Made by a program: the position numbers and the translations under genes. 64,000 nt of DNA from an uncultured Bacilli bacterium (GTDB taxonomy: Bacteria > Bacillota_I > Bacilli_A > RF39 > UBA660): contig OZ007022.1 in the NCBI GenBank assembly GCA_963931515.1, positions 13,747 through 77,746 on the forward strand. Direction: 5' to 3'. Shown in pieces: positions 42,634-51,976 of the stretch (its first letter is position 1; each line of letters opens with the position of its first letter). The notes under the pieces were generated by a model. That model ran no database searches and was not told the DNA's origin. It saw only the letters and a list, made by a program, of their open reading frames with translations.

Positions 42634-44181
42634 GTCAATAACTTGGGAAAATGTCCCGAAAAAAAGTAAACATTAACGGGAAAATATTTCCAAAATTTAA
42701 GCATACACATGGTTAGTGTGTGCTTTTTGTATCTGATTTTTAAAAGCAGATAATCTCCAAGGGTGGCTCATAGGTGGAATGTATTTTTCCTTTTTACTTT
42801 GAACAGGTACCTGTTCAAAGTTTTTAGAAAATCTTTCATTTCTACTAAGCTCTTTTAATTCATAAATTTTATCATCAATGGTAACTAATAGCTCACCATT
42901 AAAAGCATTAATAACTAAACATTCAGTTTTGGGCATAAAACATTTTAATTCGCCTTTTAAATATGGCTGGTAGTATTTTCTTCTGTATTTAATAGAGTTG
43001 CCATTATCAATTTTTCTAGGAGTTAAAATAGCTAGGGTATAATTGATTTTCTCTTCTGTTGGTGATGATTCAAATACTGATGGAAATTTTTTGTAATCCA
43101 TGGCAAATTTATTATTGAACTTAGGAACAAAAACTTCGGTTAAATATTTGTTTGCTTCCTCCATAGTAGTAATACCATTAAGTTTTAATTCATTAACTAG
43201 TCTGCCTTGAAAAGTACCATTTGTTCTTTCTATTAATCCTTTGGCTTGAGAAACTGATGTGGTTTTTAAATCAATACCTAATTGTTTACAAGCATAGCCA
43301 TATTGAGTTAAAACATCCTTTTCACTAGTCCTTTTATCTGGGTTTAAAAGCATATAATTAAATACAGTTCGGTTGTCGGTTAAAAAGCTATAAGGTATAC
43401 CATAATTCGTTAATATTTGGAATAAAACATGATAATAGCCGTTTAATGTTTCCTCTTTATCAAACCAAGCTCCAACAATAGTAGAAGTGGCTTTATCAAT
43501 AGCTAAATGTAAACAGGATTTAATACCACCAAACCATAGATGAATAGAGCCATCTTGTTCAACAACTTCTCCAAAGAACTTTGGCTTTTCGCCTCTAGGA
43601 TGAGAATCTTCTAAAGCAATTTCATGATTAATAGCTGCTTCTATTGTTTCTTCACTCATAGCTAAATTAATTTTCTTTTCTTCTAATAGTTGTTTCTTTT
43701 TAAATTCTCTTTTAGTTTTTCTTCTTGCTTTAGGAGATAATATACCAGCTTTAGTTAATGTTTTATAGACAAAATCATAGGATACTTTGATATTTTCTTC
43801 TTCCTCTAAGTACTCGTTAAAATGTCTAAAATTAAAGTCTTGATATTTATTATTATAAAGTAGTATAATATCCTCGGAGATTGAGTTATTGATGGCATTG
43901 ACAGGTTTGCGGAATCTATTACCGTGTACAAAGCCTTCTTTACCTTTCTCCTTATAAATAATGATTAGGCGATTGACTTGCCTTACTGATATACCGAGCT
44001 TTTTACTAGCTCTGTTTTTATTTCCTTTGTGATCTACTAATTCTTTAATTGTTTCATATTTAAATTGTTCATTCATTCTTAATTCAACCTTTCTCATTCA
44101 TGTCACCTCGGTGACATATAATATTACTACTAGGACATTTTCGCAAATTAACACTTAAGACATTATCACAAATTAATCATA
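42634..44181 (-). mobile_element. ISNCY-family (IS1202-group) insertion sequence, about 1.55 kb, flanked by 28-bp direct repeats GGCTATTTAGGTGGCAATTAATGGTCAT (42606-42633 and 44182-44209)
   Basis: Perfect 28-bp direct duplication bracketing a single transposase ORF; long target duplications are characteristic of the IS1202 group. Confidence 0.7.
42697..44097 (-). CDS. DDE transposase, ISNCY/IS1202-like
   Basis: N-terminal HTH (KLGISVRQVNRL), integrase-like DDE core, 466 aa. Confidence 0.65.
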   Translation of the reverse strand: MRKVELRMNEQFKYETIKELVDHKGNKNRASKKLGISVRQVNRLIIIYKEKGKEGFVHGNRFRKPVNAINNSISEDIILLYNNKYQDFNFRHFNEYLEEEENIKVSYDFVYKTLTKAGILSPKARRKTKREFKKKQLLEEKKINLAMSEETIEAAINHEIALEDSHPRGEKPKFFGEVVEQDGSIHLWFGGIKSCLHLAIDKATSTIVGAWFDKEETLNGYYHVLFQILTNYGIPYSFLTDNRTVFNYMLLNPDKRTSEKDVLTQYGYACKQLGIDLKTTSVSQAKGLIERTNGTFQGRLVNELKLNGITTMEEANKYLTEVFVPKFNNKFAMDYKKFPSVFESSPTEEKINYTLAILTPRKIDNGNSIKYRRKYYQPYLKGELKCFMPKTECLVINAFNGELLVTIDDKIYELKELSRNERFSKNFEQVPVQSKKEKYIPPMSHPWRLSAFKNQIQKAHTNHVYA

Positions 44182-44262
44182 GGCTATTTAGGTGGCAATT
44201 AATGGTCATTGACAAATAGTCTTTTTTTTGAGAAAATGATAATGATTAAGGAGGGGATGACC

Positions 44263-44592
44263 GTGCTTCAAGAAAGATTATTACTTACTCCAAAGGATAT
44301 TTTGGAAAAAGAGTTTAAGATTGATACTAGAGGTTATAGACCCCAAGAAGTGGATAAATTCTTAGATGAAGTAATAAGTGATTATGATGAGATGATTTCA
44401 ATAATTAAAGATTTAGAGCGTGAAAAAAAAGATTTAATTGATGAAAATATTAGATTGAAGCAAGAAGTGCGTAATGCGAGAACTAAGTTAGATGTACTTA
44501 GAAATGCAGCACCTACTGAGGTTTCAAATGCAGATTTACTTAGACGTTTATCTAATTTGGAAAAAATTATTTATGGTGATGGAATGAAATAA
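44263..44592 (+). CDS. gpsB: cell-cycle protein GpsB (DivIVA-domain)
   Basis: DivIVA N-terminal motif LTPKDILEKEFK..RGY...EVDKFLDEV; GTG start 7 nt after AGGAGG; immediately upstream of rnpB, as in B. subtilis. Confidence 0.75.
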   Translation: MLQERLLLTPKDILEKEFKIDTRGYRPQEVDKFLDEVISDYDEMISIIKDLEREKKDLIDENIRLKQEVRNARTKLDVLRNAAPTEVSNADLLRRLSNLEKIIYGDGMK

Positions 44593-44950
44593 TATTTTGG
44601 CAAACGCTGCATTTTTAATAATGTAGAGGAAAGTCCATGCTTACACAGTCTGTGATGATTGTAGTGTTTGTGCATAGGGAAAAAATAACCTATGGTAGTT
44701 TTTTAACTAATGGCGAGGCTTAGCCTAAGTCTATGATATGGTGAGGCTTCATAAAGTGCCGCAGTGACGATGCTTTTAGAAATAAAAGAGTGAAACGTGG
44801 TAAACCCCACAAGTAAGAAACCCAAATTTTGGTAGGGGAACCTAATAAGAGAGAATTTACGAATTTCTTATGGGATTGCTTTTAGCAATAGATAAATGTT
44901 TGCCGCCTAGAGATAGGAACAGAACATGGCTTATAAAATATTATTTTTGT
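44592..44950 (+). ncRNA. rnpB: RNase P RNA, bacterial type B (rnpB)
   Basis: AGAGGAAAGTCCATGCTTACAC, AAAGTGCCGCAGTGACGA, CGTGGTAAACCCC, GAGAAACCCAAATTTTGGTAGGGGAACC and ACAGAACATGGCTTA all match the B. subtilis rnpB conserved regions; P1 pairs AATATTTTGG with ...AAAATATTATT. Confidence 0.9.
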
Positions 44951-44970
44951 ATATTTAAGGAAGGATAATC

Positions 44971-45441
44971 ATGAAAGAGATTGGCGAAAAATTAAAAGAA
45001 GCCCGAGAAAGCATTGGTGTTTCAATTGAAGAAGTGGCTGAAGATTTAAAATTGAGGCCATCTCAAATTGAAAATATTGAAGCAGGAAATTCTGAGGCTT
45101 TTAAAGATATTTTTTATTTAAAGTATTTTATTAGAGATTATGCGAAATATTTGGGCCTTGATAAAGAAGATTTAATTGATGAATTTAATGAGTATTTATT
45201 TGATTATACTTCAAGACTTTCTTTGGATGATATAAAAGCTGCGAAGAAGAAGAAAAAGGAAACAAAGAAGATTAAATCTCCTTATACTATGGAAAGAAAA
45301 AATAGGACTTCGCTTATTATGTTTGTGGTTTATGCAATTATAGTAGTTTTAATTATATTAATTATTTATTTAATTATTAGTTTAAATCATGAAGATAGTG
45401 ATGATTTTGTTGAAGGAACTATTATAACGGAAAGTAGGTAG
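44971..45441 (+). CDS. rodZ: RodZ-like cytoskeleton protein (XRE-type HTH plus TM anchor)
   Basis: N-terminal HTH_25 (LKEARESIGVSIEEVAEDLKLRPSQIENIE); basic linker; single TM helix; precedes pgsA. Confidence 0.6.
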   Translation: MKEIGEKLKEARESIGVSIEEVAEDLKLRPSQIENIEAGNSEAFKDIFYLKYFIRDYAKYLGLDKEDLIDEFNEYLFDYTSRLSLDDIKAAKKKKKETKKIKSPYTMERKNRTSLIMFVVYAIIVVLIILIIYLIISLNHEDSDDFVEGTIITESR

Positions 45442-45448
45442 TGTTGAT

Positions 45449-46048
45449 ATGAATTTACCAAATAAATTAACAATGACAAGAATTTTTATGACCTTTTTAA
45501 TAATTTTAATTTTACTTTTTCCTTTTTCAGCAATGGGTATTAATGTAACTCAACTTTTTATTAATGAGTCAATTAGAGTTGATATTCGTTATCCGATAGC
45601 TGGAATATTATTTATTTTAGCTTCACTTACGGATTTTGTAGATGGTTATATAGCACGTTCCCGTAATTTGGTTACTGATTTTGGTAAGATGATGGATGCT
45701 ATTGCAGATAAAGTTTTAGTTAATTCTATTTTGATTATTTTATGTGCACAAGGATTTATTCATCCAATTATACCAGTTGTTATTATTGTTAGGGATACAA
45801 TTGTAGATTCAATTAAAATGATAGCTGGTTCTAAAGGTAATGTAGTAGCAGCAATTAAAACTGGTAAATTTAAAACGGCTTCTTTAATGGTAGGTATTGT
45901 TTTAACTTTATTTTATAATTTACCTTTTGAACTTTGGAATATTCATATTTCTGACTTTTTACTTATTGTGGCATGTGTGCTTTCAATTATTTCAGGAATT
46001 CAATATTTTACAATTAACAAAAAATATATATTTGATGAAGGAATGTAA
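45449..46048 (+). CDS. pgsA: CDP-diacylglycerol--glycerol-3-phosphate 3-phosphatidyltransferase
   Basis: CDP-alcohol phosphotransferase motif DGYIARSRNLVTDFGKMMDAIADK. Confidence 0.9.
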   Translation: MNLPNKLTMTRIFMTFLIILILLFPFSAMGINVTQLFINESIRVDIRYPIAGILFILASLTDFVDGYIARSRNLVTDFGKMMDAIADKVLVNSILIILCAQGFIHPIIPVVIIVRDTIVDSIKMIAGSKGNVVAAIKTGKFKTASLMVGIVLTLFYNLPFELWNIHISDFLLIVACVLSIISGIQYFTINKKYIFDEGM

Positions 46049-46065
46049 TGATTCCTTTTTATATT

Positions 46066-47878
46066 GTTACTATTCACAGCCTAATAAATAAAAACACTTA
46101 AAAATAGCGGAGATATTCGCTATTTTTCTTCGCTTAATTTTTCATTATTTAAAATTTCTTTCAAAGTAAAAGGTACACCAATAGATAATCTAAATAACGC
46201 ATCCATAGGATTTATACCGTTTCTATAACTGGTTTCTATATATGTCTTTATATTGGCATAATCCATAGCTCTATCTATATTCCTAAACTGACCAGATACT
46301 TTTTGTTTTGTTTTACTAGACCTAAGTGAACGTTCAGATAAATTATTTGTTGTTGGTAATGTAAAATCAGCTACCCAAGCAAAATAGTTGTCTTTATAAT
46401 TTAATATTCTTTGTATTAATGTTTTTTCTTCATCTTTATAGAACACACTTTCCCTGTTCCTATTTTCATCTACCGCCGATAACATTATTTCATTAAATTC
46501 GTTAAAGAAATTATTACTAAATTCTTCATTATAAGTATAGCTGTTTTCTATAAATTCTGCCCTTTGTTTAATACTTTCAGATATTAATTTTTTTAATCTT
46601 GTGGCCCAATCAGCTTTTAAATTATCTATTACTTTTTGTAAGTCTCTTTGTAGATGGGCAGTACATTCCAAATTTATAAATGAATATTCTTCATTATAAT
46701 TTACTTTATTATGGTCATGCATTACCTTTGTATGATTACTTAAATTTTTTAGTATATTATCTTCATCAAGACCATCTTTGTTCTTCTGCTTATGCGAAAC
46801 ATATAAAGCTATTTTTTCATCACCATAAAACCTTAAACAAGCTCTTTTCTTATCAACAAATATTACCGTATCATCCCAATATAACAATTTTCTTTTTAAA
46901 AGTTCTCTGGTTACTTCTTGTTTAAAATTATCTAGTTTTTCGGCCATTACTTTTTGTACCTTAGCTATATAGCTCTCACTTAAATCTATATCTCCTTGAC
47001 TTAATCCTTTGATAATTCTTTTAACCCTATTAATTGATATGTATCCCTCATTTAATAATGATAAAATTAATGATTTTACATTCGGACCATATTGAACATC
47101 TTCTTTTAACTCGTTAGGTATTTTTGAATGCACTTTTTTCAAGCAACAAGGACATTTATATTCTTTAAATTTTATTCTATTTTTAACTACAACTAATTCA
47201 TAATCTAAAACATCTTTATCAATGGTTTTATGAGTATCTATTAGTTCATGATTACAATGTGGACATTTTTCCATTTCAATATATTCTACTTCGGTTACTT
47301 CTTCATCTTTAAATCTTTCTAATTTATGTTTCTTATGACCTTTTTGTCCACCTATATTTTTACCACTTTTTTTCCTACTATTTGGAATAACTTTGTTTTT
47401 ATTAATAGGAGTTTTACTAGTAGAAATACCACTATTAGTTCCGTCATTATTAAGTAGTGATTTTAATCTAGCTATTTCTTTATCTTTTTCATCTAATTTT
47501 GCTTGATATTTTTGTTGTTCATTTTTTTCGATAGTTTCCTTTAGTTTATTATATTTTTGTTCTAAAGTTTTATATTGTTTTTCTAATAATTTTTTTTCAT
47601 ATTTTAAATAATCATTTTCTTTGCTTAATTCTTTATTTTTAATTTCTAGTTTTTGATAATCATTAAATAGTTGGTTAGAATAATTTGATCTTAGTGGCAT
47701 ATATATCTTACTTCCTTTACTGTAATCAATATACCAAAATAAGAAGAAAAAAGCAATACCCAAATCGTGACTTTCCCCTTATTTTTCAACGGTTTTCACC
47801 ATTTTATCCACAGTAAAAAAGTACCTAGTTATTTTTACTAGATACTTTCTTTTTTGATTCTAGGCTGTGAATAGTAAC
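46066..47878 (-). mobile_element. IS66-family (single-ORF, ISBst12-like) insertion sequence, 1813 bp, perfect 18-bp IRs GTTACTATTCACAGCCTA, 8-bp target duplication TTTATATT
   Basis: IRs at 46066-46083 and 47861-47878; TTTATATT at 46058-46065 and 47879-47886. Confidence 0.8.
46120..47763 (-). CDS. IS66-family transposase (TnpC-like: leucine-zipper/coiled coil, zf-IS66 CxxC...CxxC, DDE)
   Basis: N-terminal coiled coil; CPHCNHE...CPCC zinc finger; DDE-region motifs (YWDDT, VMHDHNKVNY). Confidence 0.7.
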   Translation of the reverse strand: MGIAFFFLFWYIDYSKGSKIYMPLRSNYSNQLFNDYQKLEIKNKELSKENDYLKYEKKLLEKQYKTLEQKYNKLKETIEKNEQQKYQAKLDEKDKEIARLKSLLNNDGTNSGISTSKTPINKNKVIPNSRKKSGKNIGGQKGHKKHKLERFKDEEVTEVEYIEMEKCPHCNHELIDTHKTIDKDVLDYELVVVKNRIKFKEYKCPCCLKKVHSKIPNELKEDVQYGPNVKSLILSLLNEGYISINRVKRIIKGLSQGDIDLSESYIAKVQKVMAEKLDNFKQEVTRELLKRKLLYWDDTVIFVDKKRACLRFYGDEKIALYVSHKQKNKDGLDEDNILKNLSNHTKVMHDHNKVNYNEEYSFINLECTAHLQRDLQKVIDNLKADWATRLKKLISESIKQRAEFIENSYTYNEEFSNNFFNEFNEIMLSAVDENRNRESVFYKDEEKTLIQRILNYKDNYFAWVADFTLPTTNNLSERSLRSSKTKQKVSGQFRNIDRAMDYANIKTYIETSYRNGINPMDALFRLSIGVPFTLKEILNNEKLSEEK

Positions 47879-47897
47879 TTTATATTTTTATTTTTTT

Positions 47898-47909
47898 GAA
47901 CAAATGTTC
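47898..47909 (+). promoter_or_regulatory. LexA (DinR) Cheo box GAACaaatGTTC upstream of recA
   Basis: Matches the Firmicutes SOS-box consensus CGAACRNRYGTTCG; TTGACT -35 about 10 nt downstream. Confidence 0.65.
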
Positions 47910-47979
47910 GCAAAAGTATTGACTTTTATTTTTAAATATTATAAAATGTCATTGTAGGAGTGAAAAAGGAGGAAATATA

Positions 47980-48978
47980 ATGGCAAAAACAACTAATGAA
48001 GTTGATCAAAATTTAAAACAAGTTTTGGCTGATATTGAAAAACAATTTGGTAAAGGTTCATTGATGCGTTTAGGTGATAATGAACACCGTGAGATAGATG
48101 TTATATCTAGTGGAAGTATTGCTCTTGATGTGGCTCTTGGTATAGGTGGATATCCAAAAGGTAGAATTATTGAAATATATGGTCCTGAGTCTAGTGGTAA
48201 AACTACTTTTGCTTTACATGCGATTGCGGAAGCGCAAAAGGCTGGTGGAAAAGCAGCGTTTATTGATGCAGAAAATTCTTTGGATCCACAATATGCGGCT
48301 CATTTGGGTGTAGATATAAATGAATTATTACTTTCACAGCCTGATAATGGTGAACAAGCTTTGGAAATTACGGAAGCTTTAGTACGTAGTGGAGCAATTA
48401 GCGTTATTGTAATTGATTCGGTTGCTGCATTAGTACCAAAGGCTGAAATTGAAGGTGAAATGGGCGATGCTCAAGTTGGTCTTCAAGCTAGACTTATGAG
48501 TAAAGCTTTAAGGAAATTAGCAGGTGTTATTAATAAGACCAATACGATTGCAATTTTTATTAATCAGCTTAGAGAAAAAGTTGGGGTCGCTTATGGTAAT
48601 CCAGAAGTAACACCAGGTGGTAGAGCGCTTAAATTTTATTCTTCAATTAGACTTGATATTAGAAGAAGTGAACAGATTAAACTTGGAACAGAAATAGTTG
48701 GTAATAAAGTTAAAGTTAAAGTTGTTAAAAATAAGATGGCTCCACCTTTTAAAACTTGTGAAGTTGATATTATGTATGGTACAGGTATTTCTCATGAAGG
48801 AGAACTTATTGATTTAGGTGCTCAAGCTGATATTATTCAGAAATCTGGTGCTTGGTATTCGTATAATGGCGAAAAAATTGGTCAAGGTAAAGAAAATGTT
48901 AAGGATTTTTTGAAAGCTAATCCTAAAATTGAAGAAGAAATTAATAAAAAGGTTCGTGAACATTATAATATGAAATAA
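47980..48978 (+). CDS. recA: recombinase RecA
   Basis: Walker [10 protein letters not shown]; RecA loops L1/L2; 332 aa. Confidence 0.95.
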   Translation: MAKTTNEVDQNLKQVLADIEKQFGKGSLMRLGDNEHREIDVISSGSIALDVALGIGGYPKGRIIEIYGPESSGKTTFALHAIAEAQKAGGKAAFIDAENSLDPQYAAHLGVDINELLLSQPDNGEQALEITEALVRSGAISVIVIDSVAALVPKAEIEGEMGDAQVGLQARLMSKALRKLAGVINKTNTIAIFINQLREKVGVAYGNPEVTPGGRALKFYSSIRLDIRRSEQIKLGTEIVGNKVKVKVVKNKMAPPFKTCEVDIMYGTGISHEGELIDLGAQADIIQKSGAWYSYNGEKIGQGKENVKDFLKANPKIEEEINKKVREHYNMK

Positions 48979-49015
48979 AACTAGTAACTTTTAAAAACTT
49001 ACTAGTTTTATTTTG
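48977..49015 (+). terminator. rho-independent terminator (AAAACTAGTAA...TTACTAGTTTT plus a T-run)
   Basis: 11-bp perfect inverted repeat directly after the recA stop. Confidence 0.6.
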
Positions 49016-49068
49016 ACTTTTTATAGTATTTTAGATATAATTGTTTTAGAATATGGAGGGATATTAAT

Positions 49069-49716
49069 ATGGATGAAAAGAATAATGCGATAAATAATGG
49101 TGAAACTCAAAATACAATGAGTTATAGTTTTGATTTTGCAAATCAAGTTGATAATACTGTGCCAGCTCCTGAGGTAAATAATACTGCTACGGTTGATACT
49201 TTAAATGTCAATTCTGTTGATACTACTACACAACCAGCTGCTTCAGCGATGGAAACGCCAACAGTTAATCCTACTGTAGAACCAGTTTCTGTTCAACCAG
49301 CCACTCCAATGATGGAAACTCCAACAGTCAATCCTACAGTAGAGTCAGTTCCTACACAGCCTTCACCAGTGGTTGACGTGCAAACTGTTAATCCTACGGT
49401 GGAATCAACTTCTACACCAGTAGCGCCAGTAACTGAAACAAATCCTACAGTAGATGCTACAACACAACAGCCTACTCAAGAAAATGTATCTACTACTGAT
49501 ACTACACAAGTAGCTTCAGAGGTGAGTGCGGCAACATCTGGAATTCCACCTGTAATGCCAGTTACTCCAGAGACTGTAATGGCTCAAAAACAAGAAAATG
49601 AAGAGGTTGAATTAATAAAGGATAAGAAAGCTACTAAAAATTTCTTGATTGTTTTATTTATATTATTAATTGTGTTTATTATAGCTTTGCCATTTATATT
49701 TAACATTATGGGATAA
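49069..49716 (+). CDS. Thr/Pro/Val-rich repeat protein with a C-terminal TM anchor (tail-anchored)
   Basis: Four imperfect METPTVNPTVE(S/P)V repeats; C-terminal hydrophobic helix FLIVLFILLIVFIIALPFIF. Confidence 0.5.
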   Translation: MDEKNNAINNGETQNTMSYSFDFANQVDNTVPAPEVNNTATVDTLNVNSVDTTTQPAASAMETPTVNPTVEPVSVQPATPMMETPTVNPTVESVPTQPSPVVDVQTVNPTVESTSTPVAPVTETNPTVDATTQQPTQENVSTTDTTQVASEVSAATSGIPPVMPVTPETVMAQKQENEEVELIKDKKATKNFLIVLFILLIVFIIALPFIFNIMG

Positions 49717-49731
49717 AAATATTTATCCTTT

Positions 49732-50370
49732 TTATTTTTGATTAATCATTTTAAAAATGTTATATAATTTTTTGAAATTTTTATTTGTTTTTTTTATTTC
49801 TTGTTTTAATTTTATATAAGCTTTATTAATATTAGTTTCTGATTTATTAAAGCACTCCAAACATAGATAGTTTAATTTTTGAAAGTTGTTTTGCTGGTAG
49901 ATTTTGTTTAATTCATCTATAATGAATTTTTCATTTTCTATTTCAAATCTTGTTTTAAAGTTATTGATTTGTTTTTGTTTAATTATTTTATAATTTAATT
50001 TTATTTCTGGTTGTAGTTTAAGAATTTCTATTACATCATCTTGTTCATTTGGAAGTAGGGAACTTTTTTGACTTATTACACCGTTTTTATTAAGTTTTAT
50101 AGCTAGACATTCATGTTCATCACCGACGATGAAGATATATTTTAGTTTTGAAATGTTATTTTGTTTAAATCTTTCAGATTTAGAGTTTATTATATTTAGG
50201 GTGTCATCATCAAATTTAACAATATTGTTTTTTAATTCATTTAATCTCTTTTTATTTATTTTAATAATCGGTGTTTTTCGCATATGATATATGTTATCAT
50301 TTTGATTCCATTCGAAAAAGTCATAGTATTCTGTTTGAAAATTTAATAAAACATCATATATGTAGTTCAT
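49732..50370 (-). CDS. hypothetical protein
   Basis: ORF with K/N-rich composition; no recognisable motif. Confidence 0.4.
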   Translation of the reverse strand: MNYIYDVLLNFQTEYYDFFEWNQNDNIYHMRKTPIIKINKKRLNELKNNIVKFDDDTLNIINSKSERFKQNNISKLKYIFIVGDEHECLAIKLNKNGVISQKSSLLPNEQDDVIEILKLQPEIKLNYKIIKQKQINNFKTRFEIENEKFIIDELNKIYQQNNFQKLNYLCLECFNKSETNINKAYIKLKQEIKKTNKNFKKLYNIFKMINQK

Positions 50371-50578
50371 TTTTTTTGCCTCCTGGAAGAAATATTGCGA
50401 GTGAAGTGATTAATAGACCGATTGGTCCAATTAAACATTCTATACTACTACTTATAAATTGGACATATTCTGTTAAAGTATACCCAATTGTGATTAAGTT
50501 TAGATAACTAATTATAAAAACAAAACCAACAATACTGAATCCGAAACCGATTAGGAAGAAAACTATTCGTGCAATCAT
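50354..50578 (-). CDS. small hypothetical membrane protein (2 TM), overlapping the downstream ORF start
   Basis: Two hydrophobic helices; start-stop overlap with 49732..50370. Confidence 0.35.
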   Translation of the reverse strand: MIARIVFFLIGFGFSIVGFVFIISYLNLITIGYTLTEYVQFISSSIECLIGPIGLLITSLAIFLPGGKKNELHI

Positions 50579-50693
50579 ATTTATCAGTCCTTTTATATTA
50601 AAGTTTATTATTATTTTAGAAAAATTTTCCTTTTAACTGTTACTTGAACTAATAAATAGGAAAATGTTATAATTATTTAAGGTGATGTTAGGT

Positions 50694-51410
50694 ATGGAGT
50701 ACAAATTCACGATAGATAAATTTCAAGGACCGCTTGATTTACTTTTACATTTAATTAAAGAAGCGGATATTGATATATTTGATATTAATGTTTCAGAGAT
50801 AACTCAACAGTATTTGAATTATATTGAAAGTATGGAAAATCTAAATTTGAATATTGATAGTGAATATTTGGTGATGGCTGCAGAACTTATTGAGATGAAA
50901 TCGCGAGAACTTTTACCTAATGAAGAAAATAATGATGTTGATGATTATGAAGATGATCCTAGAGAAAATTTGATTAATAGATTACTTGAGTATCAAAAAT
51001 ATAAAAATCTTGCTTCTGATTTTAAAGATATGGAGTTTCAGAGAAAACTTATGTATTCTAAAATACCTAGTGAACTTACTTGTTTTAAAAGTAGTGAAGT
51101 TAATTTAGATGATGAAATTTCATTAGATGATTTAATTAGAGCTTTTGTGGAATTTCAAAAGAAAAAGTATATAGAAAGACCACTTGATACGGTGGTTACA
51201 CGAAAAGAATATTCAGTGAGTAAGAGATGTCATGATATTATGAAAAGATTACAGAAAAATAAAAAAGTTAGATTTGAAGAATTGTTTGATATAAGAAATA
51301 AAAGTTATGTGGTGGTTACTTTTTTGGCAATATTAGATTTAGCTAAGAAAGGACAGTTAAAAATAAAACAGGATAGAAATTTAGATGAGATTTTGTTAGT
51401 TACGGAATAG
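50694..51410 (+). CDS. scpA: segregation and condensation protein A
   Basis: N-terminal FQGPLDLLLHLI motif; AAGGTGATG RBS before the ATG at 50694. Confidence 0.85.
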   Translation: MEYKFTIDKFQGPLDLLLHLIKEADIDIFDINVSEITQQYLNYIESMENLNLNIDSEYLVMAAELIEMKSRELLPNEENNDVDDYEDDPRENLINRLLEYQKYKNLASDFKDMEFQRKLMYSKIPSELTCFKSSEVNLDDEISLDDLIRAFVEFQKKKYIERPLDTVVTRKEYSVSKRCHDIMKRLQKNKKVRFEELFDIRNKSYVVVTFLAILDLAKKGQLKIKQDRNLDEILLVTE

Positions 51411-51421
51411 GTGGTGAAATA

Positions 51422-51976
51422 GTGAATTTAAAAGCAGTGTTAGAGGGGTTACTATTTGTGGTTGGTGATGAAGGTATATCTAAGGAAAGACTTGTTAAAA
51501 TTATGGGTATATCTGATGATGAATTACAAAAAATATTGAATGATTATAGTGTTGATTTAGAAAGTTCAGATAGAGGAATTAGATTAGAAAAGTATAATAA
51601 TAATTATAAATTGGTTACAAAAAAGGAGCATGCGGAATTTTATAAGAGTTTAGTTGATGAAGAAGTTTCAGATACTCTAAGTCCTGCGGCTTTAGAAACT
51701 TTAGCTATTATTGCATATAATCAGCCAATTACGAGATTGATGGTTGATGAGATTAGAGGTGTTGGTTCTACTTATGTAATGCGTAAGTTGGTGTTAAAGA
51801 ATTTAATTAAAGAGGTTGGTAAATCTGATCTTCCTGGTAGACCCATTTTGTATGGAGTTACTGATCAATTTTTGGATTATTTTGGTTTGAAATCTTTAGA
51901 TGATTTACCAAAGATTGATGAGGAGGAAACTGTAGATAATCAAGATTTATTTACATCTAAATATAGGGAGGAATAA
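51422..51976 (+). CDS. scpB: segregation and condensation protein B
   Basis: Winged-helix ScpB motifs (LEGLLFV.GDEGIS...L); GTG start after GGTGGTGA; follows scpA. Confidence 0.85.
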   Translation: MNLKAVLEGLLFVVGDEGISKERLVKIMGISDDELQKILNDYSVDLESSDRGIRLEKYNNNYKLVTKKEHAEFYKSLVDEEVSDTLSPAALETLAIIAYNQPITRLMVDEIRGVGSTYVMRKLVLKNLIKEVGKSDLPGRPILYGVTDQFLDYFGLKSLDDLPKIDEEETVDNQDLFTSKYREE

